Part shown: in pieces, positions 30,783 to 41,157 of the stretch
Layout of the letters: each line of letters starts with the position of its first letter
Numbering within the stretch: the first letter of the stretch is position 1
Notes under the pieces: generated by a model
Told to the model about the DNA's origin: nothing
Databases searched by the model: none
What the model saw: the letters and a program-made list of their open reading frames with translations, nothing else
Made by a program: the position numbers and the translations under genes
Origin: an uncultured delta proteobacterium
Lineage (GTDB): Bacteria; Desulfobacterota; Binatia; Binatales; Binataceae
DNA length: 64,000 nucleotides
Direction of reading: 5' to 3'
NCBI GenBank assembly: GCA_963834535.1
Contig: CAWICC010000005.1
Location: 648,258 to 712,257, forward strand

Positions 30783-31289
30783 CTATTCCGCGACCGCGGG
30801 CGAAGTAACATCGCCGGAAGTCTGGCTGGCGGAGTCCCCCGCAGCCTGGTGGGCAGCTTCGAAGTAGCCATGCACGGTTTGCCGGTTGCTCTGCAGATTG
30901 GTGTACAGCGTGGAAGCCGCCGCTAATTGTGTTGGCGAGAGTTGCCCGCACACATTCTGGGCGATCGCGTCCTGATCCTGAATCACCTTTAACTGAGCCT
31001 GTGACAGTGCAGTCTCATACTGTGTGAGAGAGGTGTTTTTTGCGAGAATTTGCTCCGCCAGATTGTTCTTTGCGGTCTCGACGGCCTGCATGTCGGTGTG
31101 TAGCGAAGAGCCCTTGAAGGTTGACCACAGGCCGCTCTTTGCCGATTGCGGCGCGGCCGCCATGCACGCCGCCAGGGCCGCTGAACCGTGATGGTGCCCG
31201 CCGTGCGCGGAAAAAGCCCGTGCCGAGACGGCGAGGCTAAGAATTGCGGCTCCGGTAACGGAGGCGATAAATGGGAAAGCCTTCGTCAT
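30783..31289 (-). CDS. secreted His-rich periplasmic protein (possible Spy/CpxP-like), function unknown
   Basis: Signal peptide. HGGHHHG stretch. Helical Q/A-rich body with LxxTQ-like motifs. Family assignment is tentative. Confidence 0.4.
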   Translation of the reverse strand: MTKAFPFIASVTGAAILSLAVSARAFSAHGGHHHGSAALAACMAAAPQSAKSGLWSTFKGSSLHTDMQAVETAKNNLAEQILAKNTSLTQYETALSQAQLKVIQDQDAIAQNVCGQLSPTQLAAASTLYTNLQSNRQTVHGYFEAAHQAAGDSASQTSGDVTSPAVAE

Positions 31290-31544
31290 AAAATTCTCCT
31301 TTCGAGTTTGAGCGCTTGGTTGTCAGGCTCTTCGATATATTAATCGACGGCCTAAATCCGCAAAGGTTTCACCTCTTCTCGTACCCAAAGGAAACTGGGT
31401 GCATGATTCTAAGACCACGTCGGGTTTAGGCTCATCAAATGCAACCGCTCCCGCACCCTCTATTGAGGAAGGCGGCCCGGCTAGGAGACCGCCCGCTCGC
31501 CCCGCCATGAGATCTGCAACTCTATACGAGAAGATAGCGAAAGC

Positions 31545-33209
31545 TTAAGCCGGGCGTGCCGAGGCTTCGATGGGCATCGCATCGCCGCGGCTGATGACAC
31601 TGTCTCGCGGAGGGTGTTTGCTGTCGAGATGAGGGTGGTCGAGGTTGTAGTTTAGCCCGCGTGATTCCTTTCTCGTCATTGCGCAGCGGACGACGAGTTC
31701 CGCCACCGTGACGAGGTTGCGCAACTCGATCAGATCAGAGTCGATCAGATGATCCCAATAGTAGCTGTGGATTTCCTCTTTGAGCATCAGGATGCGACGG
31801 AGCGCGCGCTCGAGTCGCCGGTCGCTGCGCACGATGCCGACGTAGTTCCACATCAGCCGGCGAATCTCCTCCCAGCTATGGGTTATGAGCACCCGCTGCT
31901 CGCTCTTGATGGCGTCGCCCGGATCCCATTCCGGGAACGCGGGCGGGAGGCTCTCCTCATGGGTGAGCTGTTCGCGCGCCGCCTTGAACGCTCGCCGCCC
32001 CATCACGGCCGCTTCAAGCAGGGAATTTGAGGCCAGCCGGTTCGCGCCATGCAGCCCGGTCATCGCAACCTCACCGGCTGCGTAAAGCCGCGGGATCGCC
32101 GTTCGCGCCATCAGGTCGGTCACCACTCCTCCGCACATGTAATGCGCCGCCGGTACGATCGGTATTGGAGCCGCCGTCAGATCGAAGCCGAACACCAGGC
32201 AGCGCTTGTAAATATTCGGAAAGCGCTCGCGAATATACGCAGCTTCGCGATGGCTGATGTCGAGATAGACACAGTCCAACCCCAACCGCTTCATCTCGGA
32301 ATCGATCGCGCGCGCCACTACATCGCGCGGCGCCAACTCGGCATCAGGATGATAGCGTTTCATGAAGGGAGTTCCATCGGGCAGACGGAGAATCGCACCT
32401 TCGCCGCGCAACGCTTCGGAAATCAGAAATGACTTCGCCGCCGGATGGTACAGGCACGTCGGATGGAACTGATAGAACTCCATATTTGCGATCGGGGCGC
32501 CCGCCCTATATGCCATCGCCACTCCATCACCTGATGCGATGTCGGGGTTCGTCGTGTAGAGATAAACCTTACCGGCGCCGCCGGTCGCCAGCAGGGTCGC
32601 CCGCGCGACGATTTTCCGCACCGACATGGTCGCCTTGTCGAGTGCATAAACGCCCCAGCAGGCTCGCGGCTGATAGCCCGAGCCGCGCTCGATCAGCAGG
32701 TTGATGGCCACGTGATTCTCGAGCACGTGGATGTTCGGCCGGGCCTTCGCGGCCTCGCCCAGTGCCCGCATGATCTCGCGGCCCGTCAGGTCCTGGGCGT
32801 GAAGCACGCGCCGATGACTGTGGCCGCCCTCGCGGCCAAGGTCGTATTCGTCCTCGCCGCCTTCCTCGACCCGCGTGAAATGGGTGCCCAGAGCGATGAG
32901 CTCGCGCACTGCTTCGGGACCATCGCGCACGATGGTTTCAACGGCTGCGCGGTTGCAGAGGCCGGCGCCCGCCCTCAGCGTGTCTTCGACGTGCGATTCG
33001 AAGGAGTCGTCGAAGCTCCAGACGCTCGCGATTCCGCCCTGCGCATAGGCGGTGTTGGCTTCGTCGCTGGCCGCTTTGGTCAAGACGGTAACGCTGCCGA
33101 TGGCCGACGCCTTGATAGCGAAGATCAGGCCGGCGATACCGCCGCCAATTACCAGGAAGTCGGTGTCGGTCGAAGTTCTCGTCTGCTGGTTGTCAACGTG
33201 TTTGGGCAT
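31545..33209 (-). CDS. nadB: L-aspartate oxidase
   Basis: FAD-binding N-terminus (DFLVIGGGIAGLIFAIKA) and fumarate-reductase/succinate-dehydrogenase flavoprotein-family motifs (RHANRLASNSLLEA). 554 aa. Confidence 0.9.
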   Translation of the reverse strand: MPKHVDNQQTRTSTDTDFLVIGGGIAGLIFAIKASAIGSVTVLTKAASDEANTAYAQGGIASVWSFDDSFESHVEDTLRAGAGLCNRAAVETIVRDGPEAVRELIALGTHFTRVEEGGEDEYDLGREGGHSHRRVLHAQDLTGREIMRALGEAAKARPNIHVLENHVAINLLIERGSGYQPRACWGVYALDKATMSVRKIVARATLLATGGAGKVYLYTTNPDIASGDGVAMAYRAGAPIANMEFYQFHPTCLYHPAAKSFLISEALRGEGAILRLPDGTPFMKRYHPDAELAPRDVVARAIDSEMKRLGLDCVYLDISHREAAYIRERFPNIYKRCLVFGFDLTAAPIPIVPAAHYMCGGVVTDLMARTAIPRLYAAGEVAMTGLHGANRLASNSLLEAAVMGRRAFKAAREQLTHEESLPPAFPEWDPGDAIKSEQRVLITHSWEEIRRLMWNYVGIVRSDRRLERALRRILMLKEEIHSYYWDHLIDSDLIELRNLVTVAELVVRCAMTRKESRGLNYNLDHPHLDSKHPPRDSVISRGDAMPIEASARPA

Positions 33210-33528
33210 GGTCTTCGCCGGTGGACCTCAATGAAATCTAACGCATGCAAGTCGAAGATGAGCCGGTTCGAGCCGTTGCCCTCCGCAAAATGCAAACATC
33301 TTTGCCACGGCTTATTCTCCTTCGACGCTATTTGACCCCGTCTCCAATAGTCAACTGGACTACTTGTGCCTGCCGCGGAGATGGCGCTTGGGCGTCGCCA
33401 CAAAGGACCGCCGCCGTCGCTTGGCTAGTTCGATTTGCTCCCGCCCCGCCGATGCCCTAGAGTTGATCTATTCCAGCAAGGTTCTTGCAGCAGGCATGCA
33501 GTCTAACTAATACGCGAAGGTTTCCGGT

Positions 33529-34116
33529 GTGACGTTTACCGCCCCCAACGTCCTGACTTTCCTGCGCATCGCAACGGTGCCTCTGCTGGTGTACCTCCTG
33601 ACCTTCACCGGGCCGGTTCCCTCGGCCATCGCCGCTGGCGTTTTCTTTCTGGCGACCATTACCGATTACCTCGACGGCTATATCGCGCGCGCTTACGGTT
33701 CCGGTACCAATCTCGGCAAGTTCCTCGATCCGCTCGCGGACAAGCTGGTGGTTACCGCGGTGCTCATAATGCTCGCCTCGATGCCGCGATCGCCGCACGT
33801 CCCAGCCTGGATGGTGGTAGTGCTGGTTTCACGCGAGATTCTGGTCACGGGTTTGCGCGCGGTCGCCGCTAGCCGCGGCCGTATCGTGGGCGCCGAGGAC
33901 CTCGGCAAGTACAAAATGGCGCTTCAATCGATCGCGCTGCACGGCCTGCTGATCAACTACGTTTACTTCCACGTGGATTTTTTTGCCGCGGGAATGTTTC
34001 TCCTGTGGATGGCGACGGCGCTAACGGTTTGGTCCGGAATCGATTACTTCGTCAAATTGTGGAGCCTGATTGTCCCGCGGCCGCGCTCGGCGATGACTCG
34101 GCGCGCCGCGATCTGA
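33529..34116 (+). CDS. pgsA: CDP-diacylglycerol--glycerol-3-phosphate 3-phosphatidyltransferase
   Basis: CDP-alcohol phosphatidyltransferase motif (DGYIARAYGSGTNLGKFLDPLADK). 195-aa membrane protein. Confidence 0.85.
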   Translation: MTFTAPNVLTFLRIATVPLLVYLLTFTGPVPSAIAAGVFFLATITDYLDGYIARAYGSGTNLGKFLDPLADKLVVTAVLIMLASMPRSPHVPAWMVVVLVSREILVTGLRAVAASRGRIVGAEDLGKYKMALQSIALHGLLINYVYFHVDFFAAGMFLLWMATALTVWSGIDYFVKLWSLIVPRPRSAMTRRAAI

Positions 34117-34273
34117 TTCTCGGCGCCTTCGAGGCTCGGGCATCACCCCGCAGGTAGCCGTCCCCGATCGGCAGACCGGGATGGGTGCCAGGGCGGCCCG
34201 GGTGAGAATGCAGATTTGACAAGAGCCGCGCCGACCAATAAATGATCTGGTTCTGACCGACCGCAAGGGGCGA

Positions 34274-34349
34274 GCGGGTGTAGCTCAGTTGGTAGAGCGT
34301 GTGCTTGCCAAGCACAAGGTCGTCGGTTCGAAACCGATCACCCGCTCCA
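34274..34349 (+). tRNA. tRNA-Gly (anticodon GCC)
   Basis: 76-nt cloverleaf. Acceptor stem GCGGGTG/CACCCGC. D-loop AGCTCAGTTGGTAGAGC. Anticodon stem TGTGC/GCACA with loop TTGCCAA. T-arm GGTTCGAAACC. Encoded 3' CCA. Confidence 0.9.
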
Positions 34350-34589
34350 TTCACTTTCTCACAGTTTCATGTGTACAGATCGTCCTTCCTTGCCGATGTT
34401 CGTGTAATTGGATGTTCGGCCCGGTTGTCCTTACACGACCAGCGTCCATGCTAAGGCTGAGGTGGAGTCAGAAGCGTCAACCGTGTATTTCTGACACGTA
34501 ATACTCCCGAGATCTGATACTCAACCGCTCTTTTCCTCATAGATCGCCGAGGCACGCTGATTGCACTTACAGAGTGTGAGGCGTGCTTT

Positions 34590-35141
34590 ATGAAAGCCAA
34601 GAAATCCCTCGCTATGTTTCTCGTTTCAGCGGCCTTAGCATCACTACCGTTCGCTTTTTCCGCCTGCTCGGACTCGCAGAATGAGAACATTCAATTACCT
34701 CGCGTGGAAAGCAACCCTTACGCAAGCAGTACGCAGCCGCTTGAGAAGGTTCGTCTCGAAGGGTTGCGCTTCAAATCAAACGGCGCGAGCCTGCGGAGCG
34801 GGTCCAAGCCGATTCTCGACGCGGCAGTCGAAGTTTTGGAAAAGGAGCCAGACAATCAAGTATTCGTTGATGCGTACTACAATCGAGCCCACAGCGCGAA
34901 GGCCGACCAAGAGTTAGCCCAGAAACGTGCAGAGAATGTAAAGGCGTACCTGGAAGCGAGAGGGATTCCTCCTGAGCGACTGATTGCGCGCGGTTTTACC
35001 GACGCGAGCGTCACTACCTCAAGTAATGAACCGCGATCGGACCGACAAATCTCGAGAGTTGAATTGATTACGTTCCCGAACGAAGCTGCCGCCCCGACGA
35101 ATTTTGCGGATTCATCGCCCGAGGTCAGCAAAGTCAATTAA
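34590..35141 (+). CDS. OmpA-family lipoprotein (OmpA C-terminal peptidoglycan-binding domain)
   Basis: Lipoprotein signal (LPFAFSAC). C-terminal OmpA-like domain (VDAYYNRAHSAKADQELAQKRAENVKAYLEARGIPPERLIARGF...ISRVELI). Lower GC than flanking DNA. Confidence 0.7.
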   Translation: MKAKKSLAMFLVSAALASLPFAFSACSDSQNENIQLPRVESNPYASSTQPLEKVRLEGLRFKSNGASLRSGSKPILDAAVEVLEKEPDNQVFVDAYYNRAHSAKADQELAQKRAENVKAYLEARGIPPERLIARGFTDASVTTSSNEPRSDRQISRVELITFPNEAAAPTNFADSSPEVSKVN

Positions 35142-35384
35142 CGACTGCTTTCGTCGTCAAATCCATCCATCCGCCCTGTGATTGGAGGCGCGGGCCGGTG
35201 CGCAACCGGCTCGTTCCTTGCGCATCGCCACAAAAACCTATCAATCTCTGGCTGAGTTGCATTTATCGAATCGAAAGGATACTCGGACTGCGAGTCGAAT
35301 AATTAGCACCATATAGGTCGCTGTGCACCTTTAGAGGCAGCCGGCGAACCTTTTGGCCGCCGATGTTGCTGGGGGAGGAACGTC

Positions 35385-36878
35385 ATGCGCAAGCTGATTG
35401 GCGCTGCGGCTGCAGTGGCCCTTTGGTTCGTCGGGTTCGCGGCAGTTAGAGCCGATGCCGGTTCCTTGATGATCGCGCCCGACACTCTAACGCCCATCAA
35501 ATACCTTGTCGTAATCGATGACGAGAACGTATCTTTCGATCACTATTTCGCGACTTATCCGGTGGCTGCCAATCCGGCTAGAGAACCGAGATTCAAGGCG
35601 CTGCCGAATATGCCATCGGTCAATAATATCAATGGCGTCATCGCCACTCAGAATCTCAACGTTTCAAATCCGTTCCGCCTGGATCGATCGCAGTCCTTTA
35701 CCTGCGACAACACTAACTTCTACATGAATGAGCAGGAGGCATATAACGGTGGCTTGCTTGATATGTTCGTCCAGTTTACCAGCCCGATTAACCCGATAGG
35801 TTGTCCCGCTATCGCCAACCTGCCGATGGGTTATTACGACGGCAACACCGTGACCGCCCTCTGGAACTATGCTCAGTACTATGCGATGAGCGACAACTCC
35901 TTCGAGACGACTTTCGGCGTGACCGTGGTGGGGCATATCAATCTGGTCTCGGGTGAGACTCACGGTGCTATTCCGGCAAACGTCGCAGGCAAGGTGATCA
36001 ACGCCACGATAGTAAAAAATGTCGAGGCTTGGAACGATGACTGCGACGAGAACACGAACGTACAGATGTCGGGTCATAATATCGGCGACTTGCTGAGCAA
36101 CAACAAAGTGACGTGGGGGTGGTTTTATGGCAACTTCGGCCTCGTAGATCTCGGCAAGGGTCCCGAATGTAATCCGGATTACAATAGTCATTACGAACCG
36201 TTTCAGTACTATCCATCGACGGCCAACCCTCATCATCTGCCGCCGTCCTCACCGCGAACGATCGGTACTAACGAGGATCAAGCTAATCACCAGTACGACC
36301 TGCGCGACTTCTGGACGGCGCTTGCCTTAGGCTACATGCCGAGTGTCACGTTCCTGAAAGCGTCGGACGACTCTACCGGCCACCCGTTCACTTCCGGACC
36401 GCTCGCGGAGCAAAACTTTCTCGTGAATACGATCAATCGTCTGCAACAGACTCCGCAGTGGCGCAGCATGGCGATCATCATTACCTACGACGATTCCGAT
36501 GGTTGGTACGATCACGTGATGCCGCCGATCGTGAACCAGTCGAGCAACACCGGGCAGGACCGGCTACTGGGGCCTGTCGGACTGTGCGGGGCCGCCGGAC
36601 CAGGCGCGAACGACTTACGCTGCGGCTACGGTCCGCGTCTCCCACTGCTGGTGATTTCGCCGTGGGCAAGGAGCAACTACATCGACCACACGCTGACCGA
36701 CCAGACCTCCGTCCTGAGATTTATTGAAGACAATTGGAAGCTAGGACGGCTCGATGACCCGCAATCATTCGATCGAAAGGCGAATCCCATCAATGGAATG
36801 TTCAACTTCAGGATTCAGCAGGCGCCACGATTGACTTTGGATGCAACCACCGGGCTGATAGTTGGTTACACACCTTAG
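35385..36878 (+). CDS. phosphoesterase-family protein (phospholipase C / AcpA acid phosphatase family), secreted
   Basis: Signal peptide. Motif IKYLVVIDDENVSFDHYFATYP matches the phosphoesterase (PlcN/AcpA) N-terminal signature. 497 aa. Confidence 0.7.
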   Translation: MRKLIGAAAAVALWFVGFAAVRADAGSLMIAPDTLTPIKYLVVIDDENVSFDHYFATYPVAANPAREPRFKALPNMPSVNNINGVIATQNLNVSNPFRLDRSQSFTCDNTNFYMNEQEAYNGGLLDMFVQFTSPINPIGCPAIANLPMGYYDGNTVTALWNYAQYYAMSDNSFETTFGVTVVGHINLVSGETHGAIPANVAGKVINATIVKNVEAWNDDCDENTNVQMSGHNIGDLLSNNKVTWGWFYGNFGLVDLGKGPECNPDYNSHYEPFQYYPSTANPHHLPPSSPRTIGTNEDQANHQYDLRDFWTALALGYMPSVTFLKASDDSTGHPFTSGPLAEQNFLVNTINRLQQTPQWRSMAIIITYDDSDGWYDHVMPPIVNQSSNTGQDRLLGPVGLCGAAGPGANDLRCGYGPRLPLLVISPWARSNYIDHTLTDQTSVLRFIEDNWKLGRLDDPQSFDRKANPINGMFNFRIQQAPRLTLDATTGLIVGYTP

Positions 36879-37147
36879 TGATTCCACTTTAGCGGTCCCG
36901 CTCCGGATGCGTTCTTTGGAGAACCAGTTTGTCGCTTCTTTTATCCTCATCAGCTTGTGCCTGATGTCCCTATAGCGACGGATATTATTCCCGAAACTTC
37001 TTATTTAACGCGCTCGATCGGCGTTTTATCTGGTAGTGCGAGCGGGTTAGGTTTTCATACAAACTGATTCTGTCTGGTGAAACTACTCGTATGCGCCGTC
37101 CAAGATAGCTGTTAAGTTACGTAATGCGCCTATAAGGAGTATCCGAG

Positions 37148-37921
37148 ATGGCGGTTTGTACTGGGTGTGGTTGCTCGAAGCGCGTTGAACCAAAGGACGG
37201 TCAAGGCGTTCGAGGTAAGGTCTCCGAGGGCGTGCAAGGAGTTGCGGCCGAAAGTGATCGCCGCGAAGACTCCTCGGCGAGGCGATCACTCGGGCGGGCG
37301 TTGCGTAAGCAACGCTCGCGTTGGGTTCAGCTCACAAGCGCGCAACGCATACGACGGGCTCTCTTGATCGGATTTGCACCGATGATGCTCGTGGGAATTC
37401 CTTTGCTGATGGGGGCTTCCAGCGAAGATCAGATCAACCTGTGTCCAGCCGATGGGGAACCGACCACGGAGTCGGTGCCTCCGCTGCTCGACGCCAGCGG
37501 CGCCGTGGAGAAGCTGGATCTGACCGATCAATCGGCGATTGCCGTGACGATTTATACCGACCAGGTGAATCATGGGGGGCAGATCGATTTGCGCGAGCAA
37601 ATGGGCCAGTTGATGCGGGGATTACATCAGGTGGCGGTGTGCTTTCCGGCCGTCAAGACGATTCGCGCGGATCTGATGGCGCCTAGTGAAACTCGTCGCG
37701 ACGAATACGGGAATCCCATTGCCGGGTCGGAGGCAGAGGTGGTTTCGCTCGGGATCACAGCAGACGATCTGCGATCGTTCAAACAGAATTTCGAGTGGGA
37801 GTCTTATCCGGTGTACGCTGCGAATCGGTACGTGCGCACCGTCAATATGAACTTAACTGACGTTTGGCATCGGGAATTGGAGAGGGAGGAAGAGATCGGA
37901 GATTTTGTTAATTCGCTCTAG
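37148..37921 (+). CDS. hypothetical protein (Cys-rich N-terminus CTGCGCS, one TM segment)
   Basis: 257-aa ORF with good coding periodicity and one hydrophobic helix (LLIGFAPMMLVGIPLLM). No recognisable domain. Preceded by a ~250-bp AT-rich intergenic region. Confidence 0.5.
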   Translation: MAVCTGCGCSKRVEPKDGQGVRGKVSEGVQGVAAESDRREDSSARRSLGRALRKQRSRWVQLTSAQRIRRALLIGFAPMMLVGIPLLMGASSEDQINLCPADGEPTTESVPPLLDASGAVEKLDLTDQSAIAVTIYTDQVNHGGQIDLREQMGQLMRGLHQVAVCFPAVKTIRADLMAPSETRRDEYGNPIAGSEAEVVSLGITADDLRSFKQNFEWESYPVYAANRYVRTVNMNLTDVWHRELEREEEIGDFVNSL

Positions 37922-38032
37922 TTGACGGGCGCGGGCGGCGGTGCGCGCCGTCGGATGCGGGGAACCATTCCGCGCTGCGATGCATGCGGATGATCACGAT
38001 CGAGTGTTGCGATGTGCCCTACCCGGAAAAAC

Positions 38033-39367
38033 TCATTCAATTTTATAGCGCTTGCGCTTGCGCCACAGCGTGGAAACATTGATACCCAGTGTTTCCGCCG
38101 CGTCCTCCAGAGTGGGTGATTCTCCCAGTACACGTACGATTTGCTCGCGCTCGACCTCCTCGAGACTCGCGGGATGAGCGCCAGCGATAACGGTCACAGC
38201 TACATCCTTAAACATAGCGTCGGGCAGGTATTCGGGAGTGATCAGGTCGCCCTGCGCCAGTACGGCGGCGCGCTCGATCGCGTTGCGCAACTCACGCACA
38301 TTGCCAGGCCATGAATAGGCAATCATCGCGTCGGCCACTTCGGGCGAGAGGCGCAAGCCTTGACGATGGTTGCGGGCGGCGGCCACGATGAGCAGCCCTT
38401 CAGCGAGCCGCACGATGTCCTCGGGGCGTTCGCGCAGCGCCGGTACTCTCAGCGCGATCACGTTGAGCCGGTAAAACAGATCCTCGCGAAATCGATGAGC
38501 CGCGACTTCGGCGGTCAGATCGCGGTTGGAGGCTGCCACGATGCGCGTGTCCACCTCGATCGTGTCGTCACCGCCGACCCGCTCGAAGCTCTGCTCCTGT
38601 ACGAAGCGCAGGAACTTGGTCTGCAGCGGCGCACTGAGATCGGCGATCTCGTCCAGGAAGACGGTGCCGTGATGGGCTGCTTCGAGTCGTCCAGGCTTGT
38701 CTCTGATCGCGCCTGTAAAAGAACCGCGCATGTGACCGAACAGCTCACTCTCGAGCAGCGGCTCAGATAGCGTGGTGCAATTGACCACTACGAACGGCTT
38801 TTCGCTGCGCGGGCTCCAGCGGTGGATTTGACGTGCAAGCACGTTCTTGCCGGTGCCGCTTTCGCCCATCAACAAGATGGTGGCTTCGCTCGCGGCGACG
38901 CGTCGAGCCGTTTCCAGTAACTGCCGCATCACCGGACTATGCGAATCGACGAGAGGGCGTTCCTCTATACTGTCGCGCAGCACACGGTTTTCGGCCCGCA
39001 AACGATGTGCCTCGAGCGCACGATCCACCACGTGCTCGACCTGGTCGAGAGTGAACGGCTTGGTCAGGTAATCGTAGGCACCGGCCTTCATTGCGGCGAC
39101 CGCATTTTCAACTGTGGCGTACGCAGTCATCAGGATGACGGCGATGTTGGGCGTCTCACGGCGCGCCTTTTGCAGCAGATCGAGGCCGTTCATCTCGGCC
39201 ATGCGGTAATCGGTGAGCACCAAGTCGAAGCTGGAATCGATTGACAGCAAGGCGAGGGCCTGTGGGCCGTTTTCCGCAGTTTTGACCTGATGGCCGGCGC
39301 TTTCGAAGAAAGTGGCCAGGTGGCTGCGAATATTTTTCTCGTCATCGACGATCAGGAGTTTTGCCAC
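38033..39367 (-). CDS. sigma-54-dependent response regulator (NtrC/Fis family: REC + AAA+ + HTH)
   Basis: REC domain (LLIVDDEKNIR...LVLTDYRMAEMNGLDLL). AAA+ Walker A (GESGTGKNVLA) and GAFTGA motif (GHMRGSFTGA). C-terminal Fis-type HTH. Confidence 0.9.
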   Translation of the reverse strand: MAKLLIVDDEKNIRSHLATFFESAGHQVKTAENGPQALALLSIDSSFDLVLTDYRMAEMNGLDLLQKARRETPNIAVILMTAYATVENAVAAMKAGAYDYLTKPFTLDQVEHVVDRALEAHRLRAENRVLRDSIEERPLVDSHSPVMRQLLETARRVAASEATILLMGESGTGKNVLARQIHRWSPRSEKPFVVVNCTTLSEPLLESELFGHMRGSFTGAIRDKPGRLEAAHHGTVFLDEIADLSAPLQTKFLRFVQEQSFERVGGDDTIEVDTRIVAASNRDLTAEVAAHRFREDLFYRLNVIALRVPALRERPEDIVRLAEGLLIVAAARNHRQGLRLSPEVADAMIAYSWPGNVRELRNAIERAAVLAQGDLITPEYLPDAMFKDVAVTVIAGAHPASLEEVEREQIVRVLGESPTLEDAAETLGINVSTLWRKRKRYKIE

Positions 39368-41157
39368 GATTCATCCCTGCGCAGCGGCAACTCGACGGTG
39401 AAGCAGGTTCCGGCGCCGACGACGCTGTCGACGAAGACGCGCCCGCCGTGCGCCTCGACGATTTCCTTGGCGATCGCAAGGCCCAGCCCGGCAGATCCGG
39501 GCTCGGTGCCATTAGCGCTCCATTGCGCGTAGCGCTCGAACAAATGGTCGCGGATTTCGGGCGCAACCCCGGTGCCGGTGTCTTTCACCTGGAATCTCGC
39601 CTTGTCGCCATCGGCGGCTGAAGAAACTGTGATGCTTCCACCGCTCGGAGTATAGCGCATTGCGTTGCCGATCAGGTTCGAAATTACCCATGAGAGCTTG
39701 ACCGGATCCGCGAGCACTTGCACGGTCGAATCTGCAATCTCGGACTTTAGCGCTACGCCTTTCTGATCGGCTTGTAAGGCAAAACTGTTCATCACGCGCT
39801 GAATCAGATCTGCGAGATCGACCGTAACGCCGCGGATCGAGATGGTCCCGGTTTCGCCTCGGGCAAGATTCAGCAGGTCGTCGGCGAGATGGCGGATGCG
39901 ACCGATATCCTCGCTCGCGGTTGCCAGCAGCTCGCGCTGTTTTGAATCGAGATGAGACTTATCGCGCTCGAGCAATTCCGCCGACAGGGCGAGCGAGGTC
40001 AGCGGGGTCTTGAGCTCGTGGGAGAGCGTCGCCACCAGGTTTACGCGGGCTCGGTCCTTGTCGCGGAGATAGGTAATGTCCTGCAAAATCAGCAGGGTTC
40101 CCAGTGATTCATTTTCCTCGCTGTGCAGCACCACGGGCTTCAGAACGTAAGTATGATCGCGCCCGCGCACATGGAGGTCCACTTCGACGCGGGCGCTGTC
40201 GTTGAACATCTTGTTGCCATTGGCGAGTGCCGCTCGCACGCGCAGGTAGTGCGGATGATTGCTGTCGAGATCGTTGAATGGCGAGCCCAGCGCCTCCGCG
40301 CGATCGATGCCTATGATAATTGCCGCTACCTCATTGATATGCGTCACCACGCCTTGCGGATCGATCAGGACGATGCCGTCTTCGAGGCTTTCGATGATTG
40401 CCTCGGTCTTGCTCTTTTCGTAGATGATGCGGTCCACGTTCAACTTTTCAAATTGTTCGAGGCGCTCCGCCATGCGATTGAATTCCCCGGCGACGCCTTC
40501 CAATTCCGCGAGTGATTGCGGTCCTAGCCGCACCGATGGTCCGCGCAGGCTGAATCCTCGGAGCCGTTGCGTCAGTTCGTCGAGCGGTTTCGATAAATTC
40601 CAGGCGATGGTCCAGGACAAGGCCGAACCCAACACCAGCAACAGCACGAGTCCAGCGGCGAATTCGTAGGTGAGCCGGTCGCTCATCTGTGTGGCGCGGC
40701 TATCTGCCCGGAACATGGCGTTGCGGTTGATTTCAATCAGGCGATCAAGTTGCTGATGCAGCGCGGCAAACTCCTGGTCCTGCGTCGCAGTTGATTGTCC
40801 GCTCTCGATCTGTGCAAAGAGGGCTTTGCCGCGATCGTCGATTTCTTTGGCCAGCGCGGCCTCGCCGACCTCGGTCACGTCGTTGCGTTCGACTCTGATC
40901 CAATGCCTGAATTCGTCCTGGCTCGCCGGCAGGACTGCGGCGACGCGTCCATCGTGCGCCGCGAGCTCGAGGTTCCAAAGCGCGGCGTGCATGTGCTGCG
41001 AGGCCTCGATACTCAAGTAATTGCGAAACAGCGTTCGTCCAATTGCTCCGCCAAGGTTTTGCACCTCCGGGAGCGCCAGGGCGACCAGCGCTACCGCGAT
41101 CATCAGCATCGCCAGCGTGCCGTTGCGAATTCGATTGCGCAGCGAGGGTGGCCTCAT
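39352..41157 (-). CDS. sensor histidine kinase (TM / HAMP / PAS / HisKA / HATPase)
   Basis: N-terminal TM segment. PAS-like region (IVLIDPQGVVTHINE). H-box (LSHELKTPLTSL). N, G1 and G2 boxes (NLIGNAMRYT; DTGTGV; GSAGLGLAI). Start ATG 41157 overlaps the upstream stop as ATGA. Confidence 0.85.
   Translation of the reverse strand: MRPPSLRNRIRNGTLAMLMIAVALVALALPEVQNLGGAIGRTLFRNYLSIEASQHMHAALWNLELAAHDGRVAAVLPASQDEFRHWIRVERNDVTEVGEAALAKEIDDRGKALFAQIESGQSTATQDQEFAALHQQLDRLIEINRNAMFRADSRATQMSDRLTYEFAAGLVLLLVLGSALSWTIAWNLSKPLDELTQRLRGFSLRGPSVRLGPQSLAELEGVAGEFNRMAERLEQFEKLNVDRIIYEKSKTEAIIESLEDGIVLIDPQGVVTHINEVAAIIIGIDRAEALGSPFNDLDSNHPHYLRVRAALANGNKMFNDSARVEVDLHVRGRDHTYVLKPVVLHSEENESLGTLLILQDITYLRDKDRARVNLVATLSHELKTPLTSLALSAELLERDKSHLDSKQRELLATASEDIGRIRHLADDLLNLARGETGTISIRGVTVDLADLIQRVMNSFALQADQKGVALKSEIADSTVQVLADPVKLSWVISNLIGNAMRYTPSGGSITVSSAADGDKARFQVKDTGTGVAPEIRDHLFERYAQWSANGTEPGSAGLGLAIAKEIVEAHGGRVFVDSVVGAGTCFTVELPLRRDESWQNS

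Noticed and set aside
34350-38030. Integrase, transposase or direct repeats marking the tRNA-Gly-adjacent islet as a mobile element
   Set aside because: No integrase or transposase-like ORF and no obvious repeat of the tRNA 3' end was seen. The islet is reported only as compositionally atypical, not as a mobile element.
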